From contig CAZNTG010000006.1 of NCBI GenBank assembly GCA_964575955.1, positions 416,001 to 480,000 on the forward strand: a DNA stretch of 64,000 nucleotides, in the 5' to 3' direction. Below, piece after piece: positions 1 to 10,671 of the stretch. Under the pieces are notes generated by a model, which was not told the origin of the DNA, made no database searches, and was given only the letters and a program-made list of their open reading frames with translations. Within the stretch, counting starts at the first letter, position 1. Every line of letters begins with the position of its first letter. The position numbers and the translations under genes are program-made. The DNA is from an uncultured Thermoproteaceae archaeon. Lineage in GTDB: Archaea > Thermoproteota > Thermoprotei > Thermoproteales > Thermocladiaceae.

Positions 1-1440
1 TCAATCCTCTTTTTGAGATTCTACTGTTATAGAACAAATTGACCGTTTTTGTCCTGAAAATGTCTTTCAATCCTCTTTTTGAGATTCATTGAAAATTTTG
101 TACATTCTTTCAGTAACAATAACTGTCTTTCAATCCTCTTTTTGAGATTCGAAGGTATGGCTAGTGTATTCGAAACATTCATACTCTCTGAAGACCTTTC
201 AATCCTCTTTTTGAGATTCACATATACATATTTGAAGGTGAGAAAGATCATGAAGACTAGGAGCTTTCAATCCTCTTTTTGAGATTCTCGTTGTACCTGC
301 TACGACATTAATTATTTCATCAAGTATTGTCTTTCAATCCTCTTTTTGAGATTCTGTTTGGTTTGGTGTGGTGTTGGGCTTGGTTTGGCGTTGGCGCTTT
401 CAATCCTCTTTTTGAGATTCCAGTGAAGCAGCATGGTAAGAGCATGTTACCAACCTTCCTAATTCTTTCAATCCTCTTTTTGAGATTCAAGTTTTGACTA
501 CATAAAGAATGATTTCTGTCCATGTTTGTACTTTCAATCCTCTTTTTGAGATTCGAAAAAGCAAAAACTGCTTTTAAGAATAAGCAACTAGACTATGCAC
601 TTTCAATCCTCTTTTTGAGATTCCACGAGGTGCGTGTAGCATACAACGACTACAAGACGATTGTACACTTTCAATCCTCTTTTTGAGATTCAGAATCAAA
701 ATTGAAAGAAGACTTAGAGGAACTATACAGATCTTTCAATCCTCTTTTTGAGATTCCTAGATGAACTACCTAACGAGTTAGAGAAAATCTTTTCTAGTCC
801 TTTCAATCCTCTTTTTGAGATTCCTCATCTTCACCATGCCAATGTTCAGCTGGTAGCCACGTATAGACTTTCAATCCTCTTTTTGAGATTCCAATATTGG
901 AAACGTTTCTGGTATCATTTTTTCTAAAGCAAACTTTCAATCCTCTTTTTGAGATTCTCGTACATATTTGCAACAAGAGATGAACAGTTCTGGCAGACAC
1001 AGTACTCTTTCAATCCTCTTTTTGAGATTCTGTACCTTGTACAAAGTTTCTAAACCTGACTTGACATAGTCTTCTACTTCCTTTCAATCCTCTTTTTGAG
1101 ATTCTTGCAAAATTTGATAATCTTGACTATAAAAGTATTAAACACTTTCAATCCTCTTTTTGAGATTCCATAGAGATGCTAGTAGGAGGACTAGAGCTGT
1201 TACTACTGTCTTTCAATCCTCTTTTTGAGATTCAGATTGTTGAGTACTGTGTAGACCCCATGAACAAGATGTTTAACTTTCAATCCTCTTTTTGAGATTC
1301 CTAAGATATTGCTCTTACAGTGAGAACTACATGACTATTCAAGAGCTTTCAATCCTCTTTTTGAGATTCACGTGTATTTCTACATATACATCACATGCAA
1401 AACATTTGCATCTTATCTTTCAATCCTCTTTTTGAGATTC
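1..1440 (-). CRISPR. CRISPR array 1, 22 repeats (first cut by window edge), 21 spacers; repeat GAATCTCAAAAAGAGGATTGAAAG
   Basis: 24-nt CTTTCAATCCTCTTTTTGAGATTC recurs at 1(partial),64,127,196...1346,1417 with unique ~39-50 nt spacers; ATTGAAAG 3' end on the minus strand and AT-rich leader on the right give orientation. Confidence 0.99.
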
Positions 1441-1560
1441 AGAGATTGTTCATGTTTTGTGTTTTTCTTAAGTTTTTCCTATTTTACCATTAGAACATCC
1501 ATAACTTAACCTCAAATTACGACAAAGACTTCCAAAGAACAATTGAAAGTTTGATAATTC
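1441..1560 (-). promoter_or_regulatory. Leader of array 1
   Basis: AT-rich non-coding DNA next to the last repeat; minus strand GAAAAACTTAAGAA (BRE/TATA-like) about 30 nt before the repeat; far boundary approximate. Confidence 0.7.
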
Positions 1561-1735
1561 AGCTTTATTGTCTTTATAGTTTTTGTTTTATTCAGGTTCT
1601 GTAGTTGATTTTTCCTCTATATGTTGTCTATGAATATCTGTTCTTGATTATTTTTACTATTCCTGTCATGCTTTGGTAAGTTGTTTTTCTCATGTTTTGG
1701 TAAGGCAGATATTTTTTAATACATCTTTGTATTAT

Positions 1736-2689
1736 ATGTTTTCTTTCAGAGAGTTGGCAAGGTATCTAAGGGTGCTTAGAGTTAGGGCGGTTTCTGACCC
1801 TATATCTGATGAGTATAGAGGTTGGTCTTGGTATAGAGAGCCTGTTAAGCCTCCAGGTTATAGGGGTTTGGCATTATCAGACATAGCTTATCTATATTGT
1901 CAATCTATGAGAAATGTTTACTTAAAATATGTTCTCAAGGTTGAACCTCAAGTTACTAGACCACTATTTGAAGGTTTTGTCTTACATAACGTTCTATATA
2001 GAGTTGTTGAGGATATTCGTAAGCATATATATGAAAATGTTGATATATCTAGACTTGCAAAACTTCTAGAAAATGTTAAAGATGTTGTTGAAGATATTAT
2101 AGAAAACTCTCTAAGTATTAAGAATGTAGAGATAGATAGCGACTATAAGAGAGAGCTTATGTTAAAGGCAGAGTCACTTTACATACATCTAGCAATGTAT
2201 TATGTAGGTGAGATCAGTCACGTATCTACTGAGATAGTAGATTTAAGACCTGATGCGTTAATATCTAAAGCTATACCTCAATTTTCTCAATTTCACGTTG
2301 ATGGTTATCTAGTAGGTCTATCAAGAAGACTTGTAGTTGATGCTGTACTATCCAATGTTATTGTAGAGTTCAAATTTGGAAATAGTGTAAATACAGATTC
2401 TGTAAGTACAGCACTTGCAGGATATGCAATAGCTATAGAGTCTGACTACGAGATTCCTATAGATTTTGGAATAGTATCTAAAATATGGTTTATAAAAATC
2501 AAAGAAGGTAAGTATGTGCCAAGATTTAACATAATTCCAGTATATCTTAGTAACGAGTTGAGATATAGATTCCTAAGTCTGAGAGATGAGGCATACGATA
2601 TAATATACTCTGAGAAAGATCCAGGTAAATCAAAATACTGCTCGGAGACGTGCCCATACTATCATATATGTGTGGGAGATAGCTCATGA
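1736..2689 (+). CDS. csa1: Type I-A Cas4-like protein Csa1
   Basis: RGWSW N-terminal motif, one Cys near the N-terminus plus C-terminal CSETCPYYHIC, D..EFK nuclease motif, directly upstream of cas1; ATG 1736 preferred over the ORF-track start at 1673. Confidence 0.9.
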   Translation: MFSFRELARYLRVLRVRAVSDPISDEYRGWSWYREPVKPPGYRGLALSDIAYLYCQSMRNVYLKYVLKVEPQVTRPLFEGFVLHNVLYRVVEDIRKHIYENVDISRLAKLLENVKDVVEDIIENSLSIKNVEIDSDYKRELMLKAESLYIHLAMYYVGEISHVSTEIVDLRPDALISKAIPQFSQFHVDGYLVGLSRRLVVDAVLSNVIVEFKFGNSVNTDSVSTALAGYAIAIESDYEIPIDFGIVSKIWFIKIKEGKYVPRFNIIPVYLSNELRYRFLSLRDEAYDIIYSEKDPGKSKYCSETCPYYHICVGDSS

Positions 2690-3702
2690 AGACGTTGATC
2701 CTCTCAGGATATGGAGTGAAGCTTGGATTTAGGAAAGGTAGATTTGTCATATATAAGAGAGGTGAGAAAGTACATGAAGTTTCACCACTCGAGCTTGAGC
2801 AGATAATAATAACTACAAGTGGTATATGCATAACAAGTCGTGCATTGAGAGCATGTGCTAGATTAGGTATAGACTTAGTAGTGCTAGATCATAAGGGAGA
2901 TGTTACTGCTAGACTAATGCCCACATACGTAACACAGACAGTCGAAACTAGAAGATTACAATACTTAGCATTTATTGATAAGAAAGCTGTGGAAATTGCT
3001 AAGTGGGTAGTTCAAAGTAAGTTGGCAAATCAGGCAGAAGTCTTAAAATACTTCTCAAAATCACGTAGAAAGAGTATTGAAATATCTTCTAAACTACGTG
3101 ATCTTGCATATGAAATCGAGTTTAAATTGCTAGAGCTATCAAAAATTAACTCAGAAATACTCACAAGTGATGTTAGAGAGAAAATTCTAAGTATTGAAGC
3201 AGTTGCTGCAAGAGCATATTGGGAAGGATTTAGAATACTCATACCTGAAAAGTTGGGATTTGAGAAGAGAGATAGAGAATCAGTAGATATAGTTAACCTA
3301 TCACTAAACTACATGTATGGATTATTAAGACATGTATGTACAAAAGCAGCATTATTACTAAACCTTGACCCATATGCAGGATATCTACATGTAGATCGTT
3401 CAGGAAGACCAAGTCTAATCCTAGACATAATGGAGATCTTCAGACCTATAGCAGTAGATAAACCATTAATAACATTCTTATCATCAAATCACGACAAGAT
3501 TAATGCAATTGAAAATTGTAGACTAAGTCCAGAATATAGAGTAAGACTCATACAGCTATTTCTAAACAATCTAAAACAAACAGTTAAACTATGGTCAGAA
3601 AAGAACACACTTGAGTCATTAATATACAAAGCTGTTAAACATTTAAAAGACTACCTACACAATAAGGTAAAGTTGAAACTTTTCCACATATCACTATGCT
3701 AA
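2686..3702 (+). CDS. cas1: CRISPR-associated endonuclease Cas1
   Basis: EAVAARAYW, NLSLNYMYG, DPYAGYLH, LILDIMEIFRP motifs. Confidence 0.97.
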   Translation: MKTLILSGYGVKLGFRKGRFVIYKRGEKVHEVSPLELEQIIITTSGICITSRALRACARLGIDLVVLDHKGDVTARLMPTYVTQTVETRRLQYLAFIDKKAVEIAKWVVQSKLANQAEVLKYFSKSRRKSIEISSKLRDLAYEIEFKLLELSKINSEILTSDVREKILSIEAVAARAYWEGFRILIPEKLGFEKRDRESVDIVNLSLNYMYGLLRHVCTKAALLLNLDPYAGYLHVDRSGRPSLILDIMEIFRPIAVDKPLITFLSSNHDKINAIENCRLSPEYRVRLIQLFLNNLKQTVKLWSEKNTLESLIYKAVKHLKDYLHNKVKLKLFHISLC

Positions 3703-3980
3703 TCTTGGTAATATATGACATAACAGAAGATGAAGTACGCCAAAAAGTAGCAAACCTACTACTACAGTATGGATTTAAAAGAATACAAAGAAGTGCATAT
3801 ATAGGAAAAATACCAAACCACATACTGAAAGAATTAGAAATAAAACTTAGAAAAATAATGAAAACAGCACATGGAAATATACAAATATTCAAAATAACAA
3901 AACAACAATACAGAAGCAGAATAGAGATAGGATATAGAGAAGAACCACCACTAGATAGTGATATAGACGTTATATATTAA
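3696..3980 (+). CDS. cas2: CRISPR-associated Cas2
   Basis: LVIYDI...RIQRSAY, 94 aa, follows cas1. Confidence 0.97.
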   Translation: MLILVIYDITEDEVRQKVANLLLQYGFKRIQRSAYIGKIPNHILKELEIKLRKIMKTAHGNIQIFKITKQQYRSRIEIGYREEPPLDSDIDVIY

Positions 3981-3984
3981 TGAT

Positions 3985-4833
3985 TTAGAACTTATAGAGG
4001 TCTAGTTTTATAGTCTCAATATATTCCCTATCAAGTCTTGAGAACTTAAAGTCGCCTCTTACTATTTTAGCAGCTATCCTATCTGCAAGGATTATGATTC
4101 CGGACAATATTGAGTAAAGTGTTATTTTCCCTCCAGCTCTAGTCATAGATCCCAAGACCTCTTCTTTTATAACATTAATACATGTTCTGTAATCATAACA
4201 ATCTTTCAATATTTCTACAAGATACTTATCTATTCTCATGTCTAGATAATGTTTTAATACATCTACTTTTAATATGTCTGCTGACAATTCTAAAGCCTGT
4301 TCTGTAGCGTTACAAATATAGTAAATCGTTTTTTCACAAACACTCCACTTATCTGGAATATTTCCGTTTCTAGAATTAGCAATATCTTCTATACTTCTCA
4401 TAGCTTGATGATGACGCAAAACGGCTAACGAAAATATTGCAGCTAGATTTCTAGCAAGTTCTCTATCATTATACGCATCGTTAAATACCTTACAAAGTAG
4501 TCTAAATAGTATAGCCGAACTATATATCTCATGACCATAAAAACTGGCTACTTGTAATTTCCCGGACACTACATCCCTTACCCTGCTTTGGTATGCTTCA
4601 CAAACCTTACCAATATCGTGAAGTATTACTGCTAAAATTGTACTAACCTCAATAGGGCTAGTAGTGCCAATTAATTTAAATGTAGTCTTTAATCTGTATC
4701 TAATCACTTGCAGTGTACGTCTCAACATTAAACATGCGAAATATGTAGTGAATATCGCATGTTCCTTGAAGGATTCAATAATTACTACTCTTCTCTTATC
4801 TCTTTCTTTAGCTATAGCAAACGTTGCTAGCAT
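3985..4833 (-). CDS. cas3'': Cas3'' HD nuclease
   Basis: EHA, LHDIGK, GHE, RHH, LADR motifs; stand-alone next to the helicase. Confidence 0.93.
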   Translation of the reverse strand: MLATFAIAKERDKRRVVIIESFKEHAIFTTYFACLMLRRTLQVIRYRLKTTFKLIGTTSPIEVSTILAVILHDIGKVCEAYQSRVRDVVSGKLQVASFYGHEIYSSAILFRLLCKVFNDAYNDRELARNLAAIFSLAVLRHHQAMRSIEDIANSRNGNIPDKWSVCEKTIYYICNATEQALELSADILKVDVLKHYLDMRIDKYLVEILKDCYDYRTCINVIKEEVLGSMTRAGGKITLYSILSGIIILADRIAAKIVRGDFKFSRLDREYIETIKLDLYKF

Positions 4834-4836
4834 GAT

Positions 4837-6723
4837 TCAATACCCTATAATTAGTCCTAAATCTCTACTATATGCTTCGTATTTCAAAATTGGGGCTATT
4901 AAATAGAGTCTCTCATTACCATTATGCTTAACATAACCTAATAATTTTCCAGCATTCTCTCTCCATCTTCTAAATATTTCATATAGATTTTCATCCTTAT
5001 CGACGACTATTTCTCCATTTTCTGTCTCATACAATGCATATACTTTATTATTATCTATAAGTAATAGATTTTTGTAATTTTTTACCAATATTTTAGCTTC
5101 TATAGGTACTAAGAATTTTTGTATATCTCGACTATTAACATATCTTTCTACTATATTCGTAACACATATGTGATCTACAGGTTCTGGAGGTACGAATAAT
5201 GGTAAAGCAATGTCATCTCTAATGAAGCTAAGCAGTTTCTTCAAGATGTTCTTAACATCTTTCATATCTATTAGAGGATTTTTAAAAATTTCAATTAGGA
5301 TTCTTCTATATTCACCATCCTCTTCTAATTCAATATTATTATACACGCTCTCAGCTATCTTAACGTAAGATTCGCCTCTCCAAGTGTCATACGGTAATCT
5401 CCACTCAATATTACCTATACTGCGTAGTTCATCGTATGTTTTAAGTGTTATATCGCTTCTGTACACCGAGTATAAGCCTTTGTTGACATCCATGTTTTCC
5501 CCTATGAGTATTACATGAATCTCTGCATTGTCTATCGATCGAACTTCAGGATCTCGTGCCACTCTGCCACAACGTTGCACTAATGATGTTATTGGGGCTA
5601 TCTCAGTTATCATAATATCGACATCTAAATTAATGCCGACCTCTACTACTTGTGTGGCTATAAGAACAAATTTTTCGTTCGAGGATCTCATTAGTTCGAT
5701 GAGCCTATTCTGAATGCGTCCTCTATCTAACATAGTGTATCTTGAATGTAGTAGAATTGTATTATGATGTGTATATTTGAGGTTCGAATAAATTTTCTGT
5801 GCAAGTTTTACACTATTCATTATAATTGCTACTCTTTTATCTAAATTCTCCCTTACTATATCACGTACATATTTCTCTAATTCCCCATAGTCCTTTACAG
5901 AATGTACGTAGGTGTTAATTCTTACTGATGTTATGCTATTTTCAAAATCTTTATCACTAACATTATGCTCTACAATTCTTATATTTGAGATATTTCTTAT
6001 CCTACTTTGATTTTCTCTACTTAGATTTACTAGTAATATGTCCATATTTGAATCTATTTCTTTACAGGCTTTGCAAAATGAAGATAGTATAATGTTGTCA
6101 ATAGCTTTCTTTACATACGTTGCAGATGAAAGCACTATAGGCACTCTACACACTGAGAGATTGTATATTGTTGAGACAAGTGCTGTCCATCCTCTTTTAT
6201 GTACGTTTACCGACAAGTATTCTCTCTCTGCACTATCTCCGGGAACGAGTATGTGATACTCATCAAAGAATACTAAAGATGTCAATATAGATGCTCTAGG
6301 TACATCATAATGTCCATAATCATACTCGTATTCGGGAACACATACCTTGTATAAATTAAACATGAATGAATCATACGTAGTTACTACGTATCTAGGTATG
6401 AAGTATGGAGCTTTTACAGATGGTTCAGCCCACATATGTTGAACAGCGTATGGGATTCCAATTATGCGAGCTCTTCCGCAAATGTCTTCGGCGAGTACTC
6501 TAGTTGGAATTACATGTATAACTCTATCAAAAAGATTATATGTGGAATTCCAAGCAGATCGACCTAACATCAGGCTAAGTGTGGATTTGCCATATCCAGT
6601 GGGTAGATTTAGAAATGCGTATACAGGTTTTTCTTCACAAGTTCTTTTATCGATATATTCGATGAATATATTAATTGCTTTCCTCTCACCTAATAGTTTT
6701 TCTATACCTTGTTCAAGCTTCAT
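4837..6723 (-). CDS. cas3: Cas3' helicase
   Basis: PTGYGKS, DEYH, SAT, ATQVVEVGINLD, QRCGRVAR SF2 motifs. Confidence 0.96.
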   Translation of the reverse strand: MKLEQGIEKLLGERKAINIFIEYIDKRTCEEKPVYAFLNLPTGYGKSTLSLMLGRSAWNSTYNLFDRVIHVIPTRVLAEDICGRARIIGIPYAVQHMWAEPSVKAPYFIPRYVVTTYDSFMFNLYKVCVPEYEYDYGHYDVPRASILTSLVFFDEYHILVPGDSAEREYLSVNVHKRGWTALVSTIYNLSVCRVPIVLSSATYVKKAIDNIILSSFCKACKEIDSNMDILLVNLSRENQSRIRNISNIRIVEHNVSDKDFENSITSVRINTYVHSVKDYGELEKYVRDIVRENLDKRVAIIMNSVKLAQKIYSNLKYTHHNTILLHSRYTMLDRGRIQNRLIELMRSSNEKFVLIATQVVEVGINLDVDIMITEIAPITSLVQRCGRVARDPEVRSIDNAEIHVILIGENMDVNKGLYSVYRSDITLKTYDELRSIGNIEWRLPYDTWRGESYVKIAESVYNNIELEEDGEYRRILIEIFKNPLIDMKDVKNILKKLLSFIRDDIALPLFVPPEPVDHICVTNIVERYVNSRDIQKFLVPIEAKILVKNYKNLLLIDNNKVYALYETENGEIVVDKDENLYEIFRRWRENAGKLLGYVKHNGNERLYLIAPILKYEAYSRDLGLIIGY

Positions 6724-6725
6724 AT

Positions 6726-7964
6726 TTACTTTTCATAAATACTATATATCTCGTTCAGTAGATTTCTAATTAGAGATACATCGTAGGGACTCAATAATAG
6801 ATGTCCAAGCTTTCTACACTCCTGTGCTGAAGATGTTGCATATAAAAGTCCTATCCTAGCAATCTCGAATAGTAGTCTTTCACGAAGGATTACATTGTCA
6901 TAGTACTCTATAGCCATATACAGCTTCTCTAGTATTTCAAGTATAGTCTTTGATGCGGAGTCTGTATAGCCTTTAGCATATGCTCGTGATATCTCTTCAA
7001 CCATCTGTATAAGCTTCTTGAGTAAATTCTTAGCCCAGGCTTTATCTTGTGAGGCTTTATCGTACAATGTTTTTACAAATGCTATAATTGGGGTCTCTTT
7101 AATTCTCAGAGTAGACATACGTATCAGCTCCAATCTCTGTGTTTTGAAGGACTTTGAGCTATGTATCTCAAATATCTTATATACACCCGCTATCGTTGGA
7201 TGTTTCAGAGCTACGTATAGTAGTCTGACTGTCTCTGGGATGTAGTTTCGAAGAGTATTCCTAAGAGACTTATGTTCTTCAACTACCAGTTTCAAACTTT
7301 CAACTTTACCTACTTCCACTCTGCTATATTCTAGACACTCTGGAATTAATAAGAGAAGAGTTATACAATTTTCAGATACCGAACATAGACCTAGTATTGT
7401 CCCTACTATTCCCAACACTAACGTATGTAAACCAACTCTAAACTGCTTACTTATCTTTGTAGATGTAGCAATACTTCTCAAATACTCTGTATATTGAAGT
7501 TTAAATATATTTAGCGGTGCAAATTTATTATTCGGGTTCAACATCGATTTTAGATCATTTCGCATTTCTTCCAGAAGTTTCTCTTCATCTGTTATACCTA
7601 CGTACTCTTTATAGAGCTTTAAGAGAGTAAGTAACTTCTCCTTAGCTCCACGTAACTCTCCTACATCACTTCTCCTTACCAGACTTTTCAAATAGTCTAT
7701 TGCGCGAGGTATGACATTCCTGAGATCATTGCCTACGAAAGGTCGTTCTGCGGGTATTTCCTCTAGGAGTTTAATAGTTTCTTCAACTGTATCAATAAGC
7801 CCCCTTTTAATATCTATAGGGCTTATATTTATACTGTTATTACATACTTCTAAACTGCCATCTGAGTAGTATATTATGTATGCTATACTCGTCGTTAATA
7901 ATTCACGTAGAAGGAATGATCCTTCTTCTGGTAGATTTATGTTAATAATGGTAGATTTACTCAT
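6726..7964 (-). CDS. cas8a: Probable type I-A large subunit Cas8a (Csa4-like)
   Basis: 412 aa between cas5 and cas3'; PLNIFK segment; assigned mainly by position. Confidence 0.7.
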   Translation of the reverse strand: MSKSTIININLPEEGSFLLRELLTTSIAYIIYYSDGSLEVCNNSINISPIDIKRGLIDTVEETIKLLEEIPAERPFVGNDLRNVIPRAIDYLKSLVRRSDVGELRGAKEKLLTLLKLYKEYVGITDEEKLLEEMRNDLKSMLNPNNKFAPLNIFKLQYTEYLRSIATSTKISKQFRVGLHTLVLGIVGTILGLCSVSENCITLLLLIPECLEYSRVEVGKVESLKLVVEEHKSLRNTLRNYIPETVRLLYVALKHPTIAGVYKIFEIHSSKSFKTQRLELIRMSTLRIKETPIIAFVKTLYDKASQDKAWAKNLLKKLIQMVEEISRAYAKGYTDSASKTILEILEKLYMAIEYYDNVILRERLLFEIARIGLLYATSSAQECRKLGHLLLSPYDVSLIRNLLNEIYSIYEK

Positions 7965-8833
7965 GTCTCTTCACCCGTCCATGGAATGTGTATAGTCTTG
8001 TCGAGAAATCTACATTCATAGAGTACGGTCTTCTCAGTACACCTAACCTTAGCTTCAACTCGAACTGGTTCTAAAAAGCTTCCTCTTCGAACTGGTATCA
8101 AAAACACCTTCGTCTTAATAGGTATTGTGTGTGTTCGTTTGCCATAGATGGTGTACCAGTTTTTGCTTGGTATTGGGAGAGGTTGAATTGTGATATAACT
8201 TCTGTAAAATTCTTCTATCTCAACAATACCAGCAGGACAGTAAAAAGATAACTCTATTTCTTTAATAGGCGGTTTATATATGACCTCTACACTATCTGTA
8301 ACCTCTACACTATCTATAGATACGAGACTCTCCTTCGACCCCAGCATCGTTATTGAATATGCACCTAATACTACATGATTGATGTCTAATGTCACTAATC
8401 TTGCTAACGATCTCAATAGTTCAATATCGATTATGTATAGTATCTCAAACGATACACTTGGGGAATATACTTTACCAAATCCGCAAAATCCAATGGGAGA
8501 TTTATCTTCACTTTCCCTTTGGTATGGAGCTCTTATTAACTTTACCGGATCCATATACGGCAATGGTAGTGAAATTGAATTATTATCATATCTAAATGTT
8601 GAAACTTTGATGCATGGTGTGAGTATTTCTGATGTGCTAACAATATTATTACCATTATAGTAAACTTCTGTTCTTGGTAATATTCCTACTTCTGCTAAAC
8701 CTCTTGCTAATGCTCCTACTAACGTAGTTGGTGGAGGTACGATGTAACTTTCTGCTGCTGCAGACGTACCTGGATATCTAATAGAAAAGCCCCAATGAAA
8801 GTGTCCTCGTACTAGTAGAGCTATAAGTTTCAT
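7961..8833 (-). CDS. cas5: Type I-A Cas5
   Basis: HWGFSIR...PPPTTLVGALA and LGSKESLVS RAMP motifs. Confidence 0.93.
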   Translation of the reverse strand: MKLIALLVRGHFHWGFSIRYPGTSAAAESYIVPPPTTLVGALARGLAEVGILPRTEVYYNGNNIVSTSEILTPCIKVSTFRYDNNSISLPLPYMDPVKLIRAPYQRESEDKSPIGFCGFGKVYSPSVSFEILYIIDIELLRSLARLVTLDINHVVLGAYSITMLGSKESLVSIDSVEVTDSVEVIYKPPIKEIELSFYCPAGIVEIEEFYRSYITIQPLPIPSKNWYTIYGKRTHTIPIKTKVFLIPVRRGSFLEPVRVEAKVRCTEKTVLYECRFLDKTIHIPWTGEET

Positions 8834-8835
8834 AG

Positions 8836-9882
8836 TTACTTCTTCATGCTTTCCGAGAGCAATTGTACTATGTAGTGCTTTACCTCTTTAAATAACTCAT
8901 CTGGAGAGTTCATTAGACTAAGTTCCTTATCTTCAGGTAAGTCCACTATACTCCTATCAAGTTCATCAACGTATGCAAATACTCTAACACATGAGTTAGT
9001 GATAGTCCTGAAAGCGCTAGCACTTATTAAAGTGTCTCTAATATACGTCCTTCTATGTCCTGATTTAACATTAAATGGAAGTCTATCGCTTACTGCTACC
9101 ACTAGGCTAGCTACTTGGTAGTCTGGCATAAATCTACTTTGTTTTGCCCCAAACTTACCCTGTACAAGAACTAGGTATAGCGCGTCGAGCCCTGCTTCAG
9201 CTCTCTTAATCTTCTGTTCCGAATCTACTACGAGTTCTCTCTTAACCATCGAAGTCTCACCTACCCTAGATACGTCAAAAGCACATGACATCACGTAGAG
9301 AGCACTTCCACTTTCTACATAGAATATCATCTGTTCACGCTGTCCCCGCGCTACAGCTTTCACATGTCTTGTATGAAATTGTGGCTCAACTGTGGCTATT
9401 CCAGACTGTGATAAATCTTCCAATGCTGGTATAGCATATCCAAACATTATACATGAGGTTCTTCTCACAGGGACATTACCAGTATGCTCACCTGTGTGTA
9501 AAAATCCCCCTATATCCTCTACAACACATTCAGAGATTACCTTTTTCTCGTAAAGGTGTGCTCTATCCTTAGGATTTAGCCTAGTATCAACCTTCCAATC
9601 TTTAGGCTTATGATCGGGTACTCCCCTCTTAATAAACTCTTCACATTTGCAAAGCTCGCATACAGGTAGGTTTCTTAATTCAGATATCCTCGCTAGATGT
9701 GCTTGAAACGCGTGAGCGATGCATTCTCCAGATATCACTGGGACATACCTAATACTATACCCATGCTCTGTCTTTATAACTACAGGAGCTCTTCTATGTC
9801 TGGTGTAGTTTCCTATAGATTCAACCATATTCAGAGCTTCAACATTTATGAGGACTCTTGAAGATATTGAGAGCCAGACCAT
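8836..9882 (-). CDS. cas7: Type I-A Cas7/Csa2
   Basis: LNMVESIGNYTRHR, VPVISGE, VVEDIGGF, GAKQSRF. Confidence 0.96.
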   Translation of the reverse strand: MVWLSISSRVLINVEALNMVESIGNYTRHRRAPVVIKTEHGYSIRYVPVISGECIAHAFQAHLARISELRNLPVCELCKCEEFIKRGVPDHKPKDWKVDTRLNPKDRAHLYEKKVISECVVEDIGGFLHTGEHTGNVPVRRTSCIMFGYAIPALEDLSQSGIATVEPQFHTRHVKAVARGQREQMIFYVESGSALYVMSCAFDVSRVGETSMVKRELVVDSEQKIKRAEAGLDALYLVLVQGKFGAKQSRFMPDYQVASLVVAVSDRLPFNVKSGHRRTYIRDTLISASAFRTITNSCVRVFAYVDELDRSIVDLPEDKELSLMNSPDELFKEVKHYIVQLLSESMKK

Positions 9883-9884
9883 GT

Positions 9885-10445
9885 CTACTCACCTCTCTCA
9901 CTCTCCAATTCTTGTCTAGTAACCTTTGGTTTACTTAAAGCCAGGCTCGCAATAATGTGAGCAATATCTATATCTCTTCTCGCAGCATCTAAAAACCTAG
10001 CTATCTCACTCTCGGATGGATATACTATTCCTTCATTCTCATTCGGCAATGTATATACCGAATAGTATTTGCCTACTTCCAGAAACGGTTTCTCCGCATG
10101 TATGACTTTGCCTATCACGACTATGTCAGGAAATTGGTGAGAGAGGATTTTAATTCTCGAGTCAATATCATCATAACTGAAATATGGTCCTTCATAATCT
10201 AACGCTAGGATCTCTAGAATTTTACCCTCACCTAAGTCTAAACTAACTTTTGTAGCTTGGTTTAATAATGCTTGAAAAACTCTTAACATCTGAGTTATGG
10301 TCTCCTCAACTACTTCGTAATTTAACGCCGATGATAGTCTATCAATGTAGTTGTATTGCCTTCGAGCCACGAAGAATCTGAGCAATGTTATCAATCCTCG
10401 AAATTTACGTGCTGCCCGAAGATCTGTAACCTCTAGTGTTGACAT
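9885..10445 (-). CDS. csa5: Type I-A small subunit Csa5 (Cas11)
   Basis: YNYIDRLSSAL and IASLAL motifs; first gene of the Cascade operon. Confidence 0.8.
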   Translation of the reverse strand: MSTLEVTDLRAARKFRGLITLLRFFVARRQYNYIDRLSSALNYEVVEETITQMLRVFQALLNQATKVSLDLGEGKILEILALDYEGPYFSYDDIDSRIKILSHQFPDIVVIGKVIHAEKPFLEVGKYYSVYTLPNENEGIVYPSESEIARFLDAARRDIDIAHIIASLALSKPKVTRQELESERGE

Positions 10446-10671
10446 GTCGACCTCACAAGTTTTCTCTCATTCTCAAACTTAAATATTACTACACCATTTT
10501 TTTCCTCAAAAATATTTTGACTCAGGAAATGTAGTTGAAGTCTAGTGAAACATGCTGTATTGAAGAGGTATTGACTTTACGTTACTCATTCAAGTCTTCT
10601 TTAACAGCTTTTTAGCTCACTTCAACTTCACATTATGAAGAGGAGAGAATGTATATAAGACTCTAAATAGG

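Noticed and set aside
27-1000. Short ORFs within array 1 (and at 13027-14078 in array 2)
   Set aside because: They are translations of repeat-spacer units (NLKKRIE, ISKRGLK, FNPLIEI)
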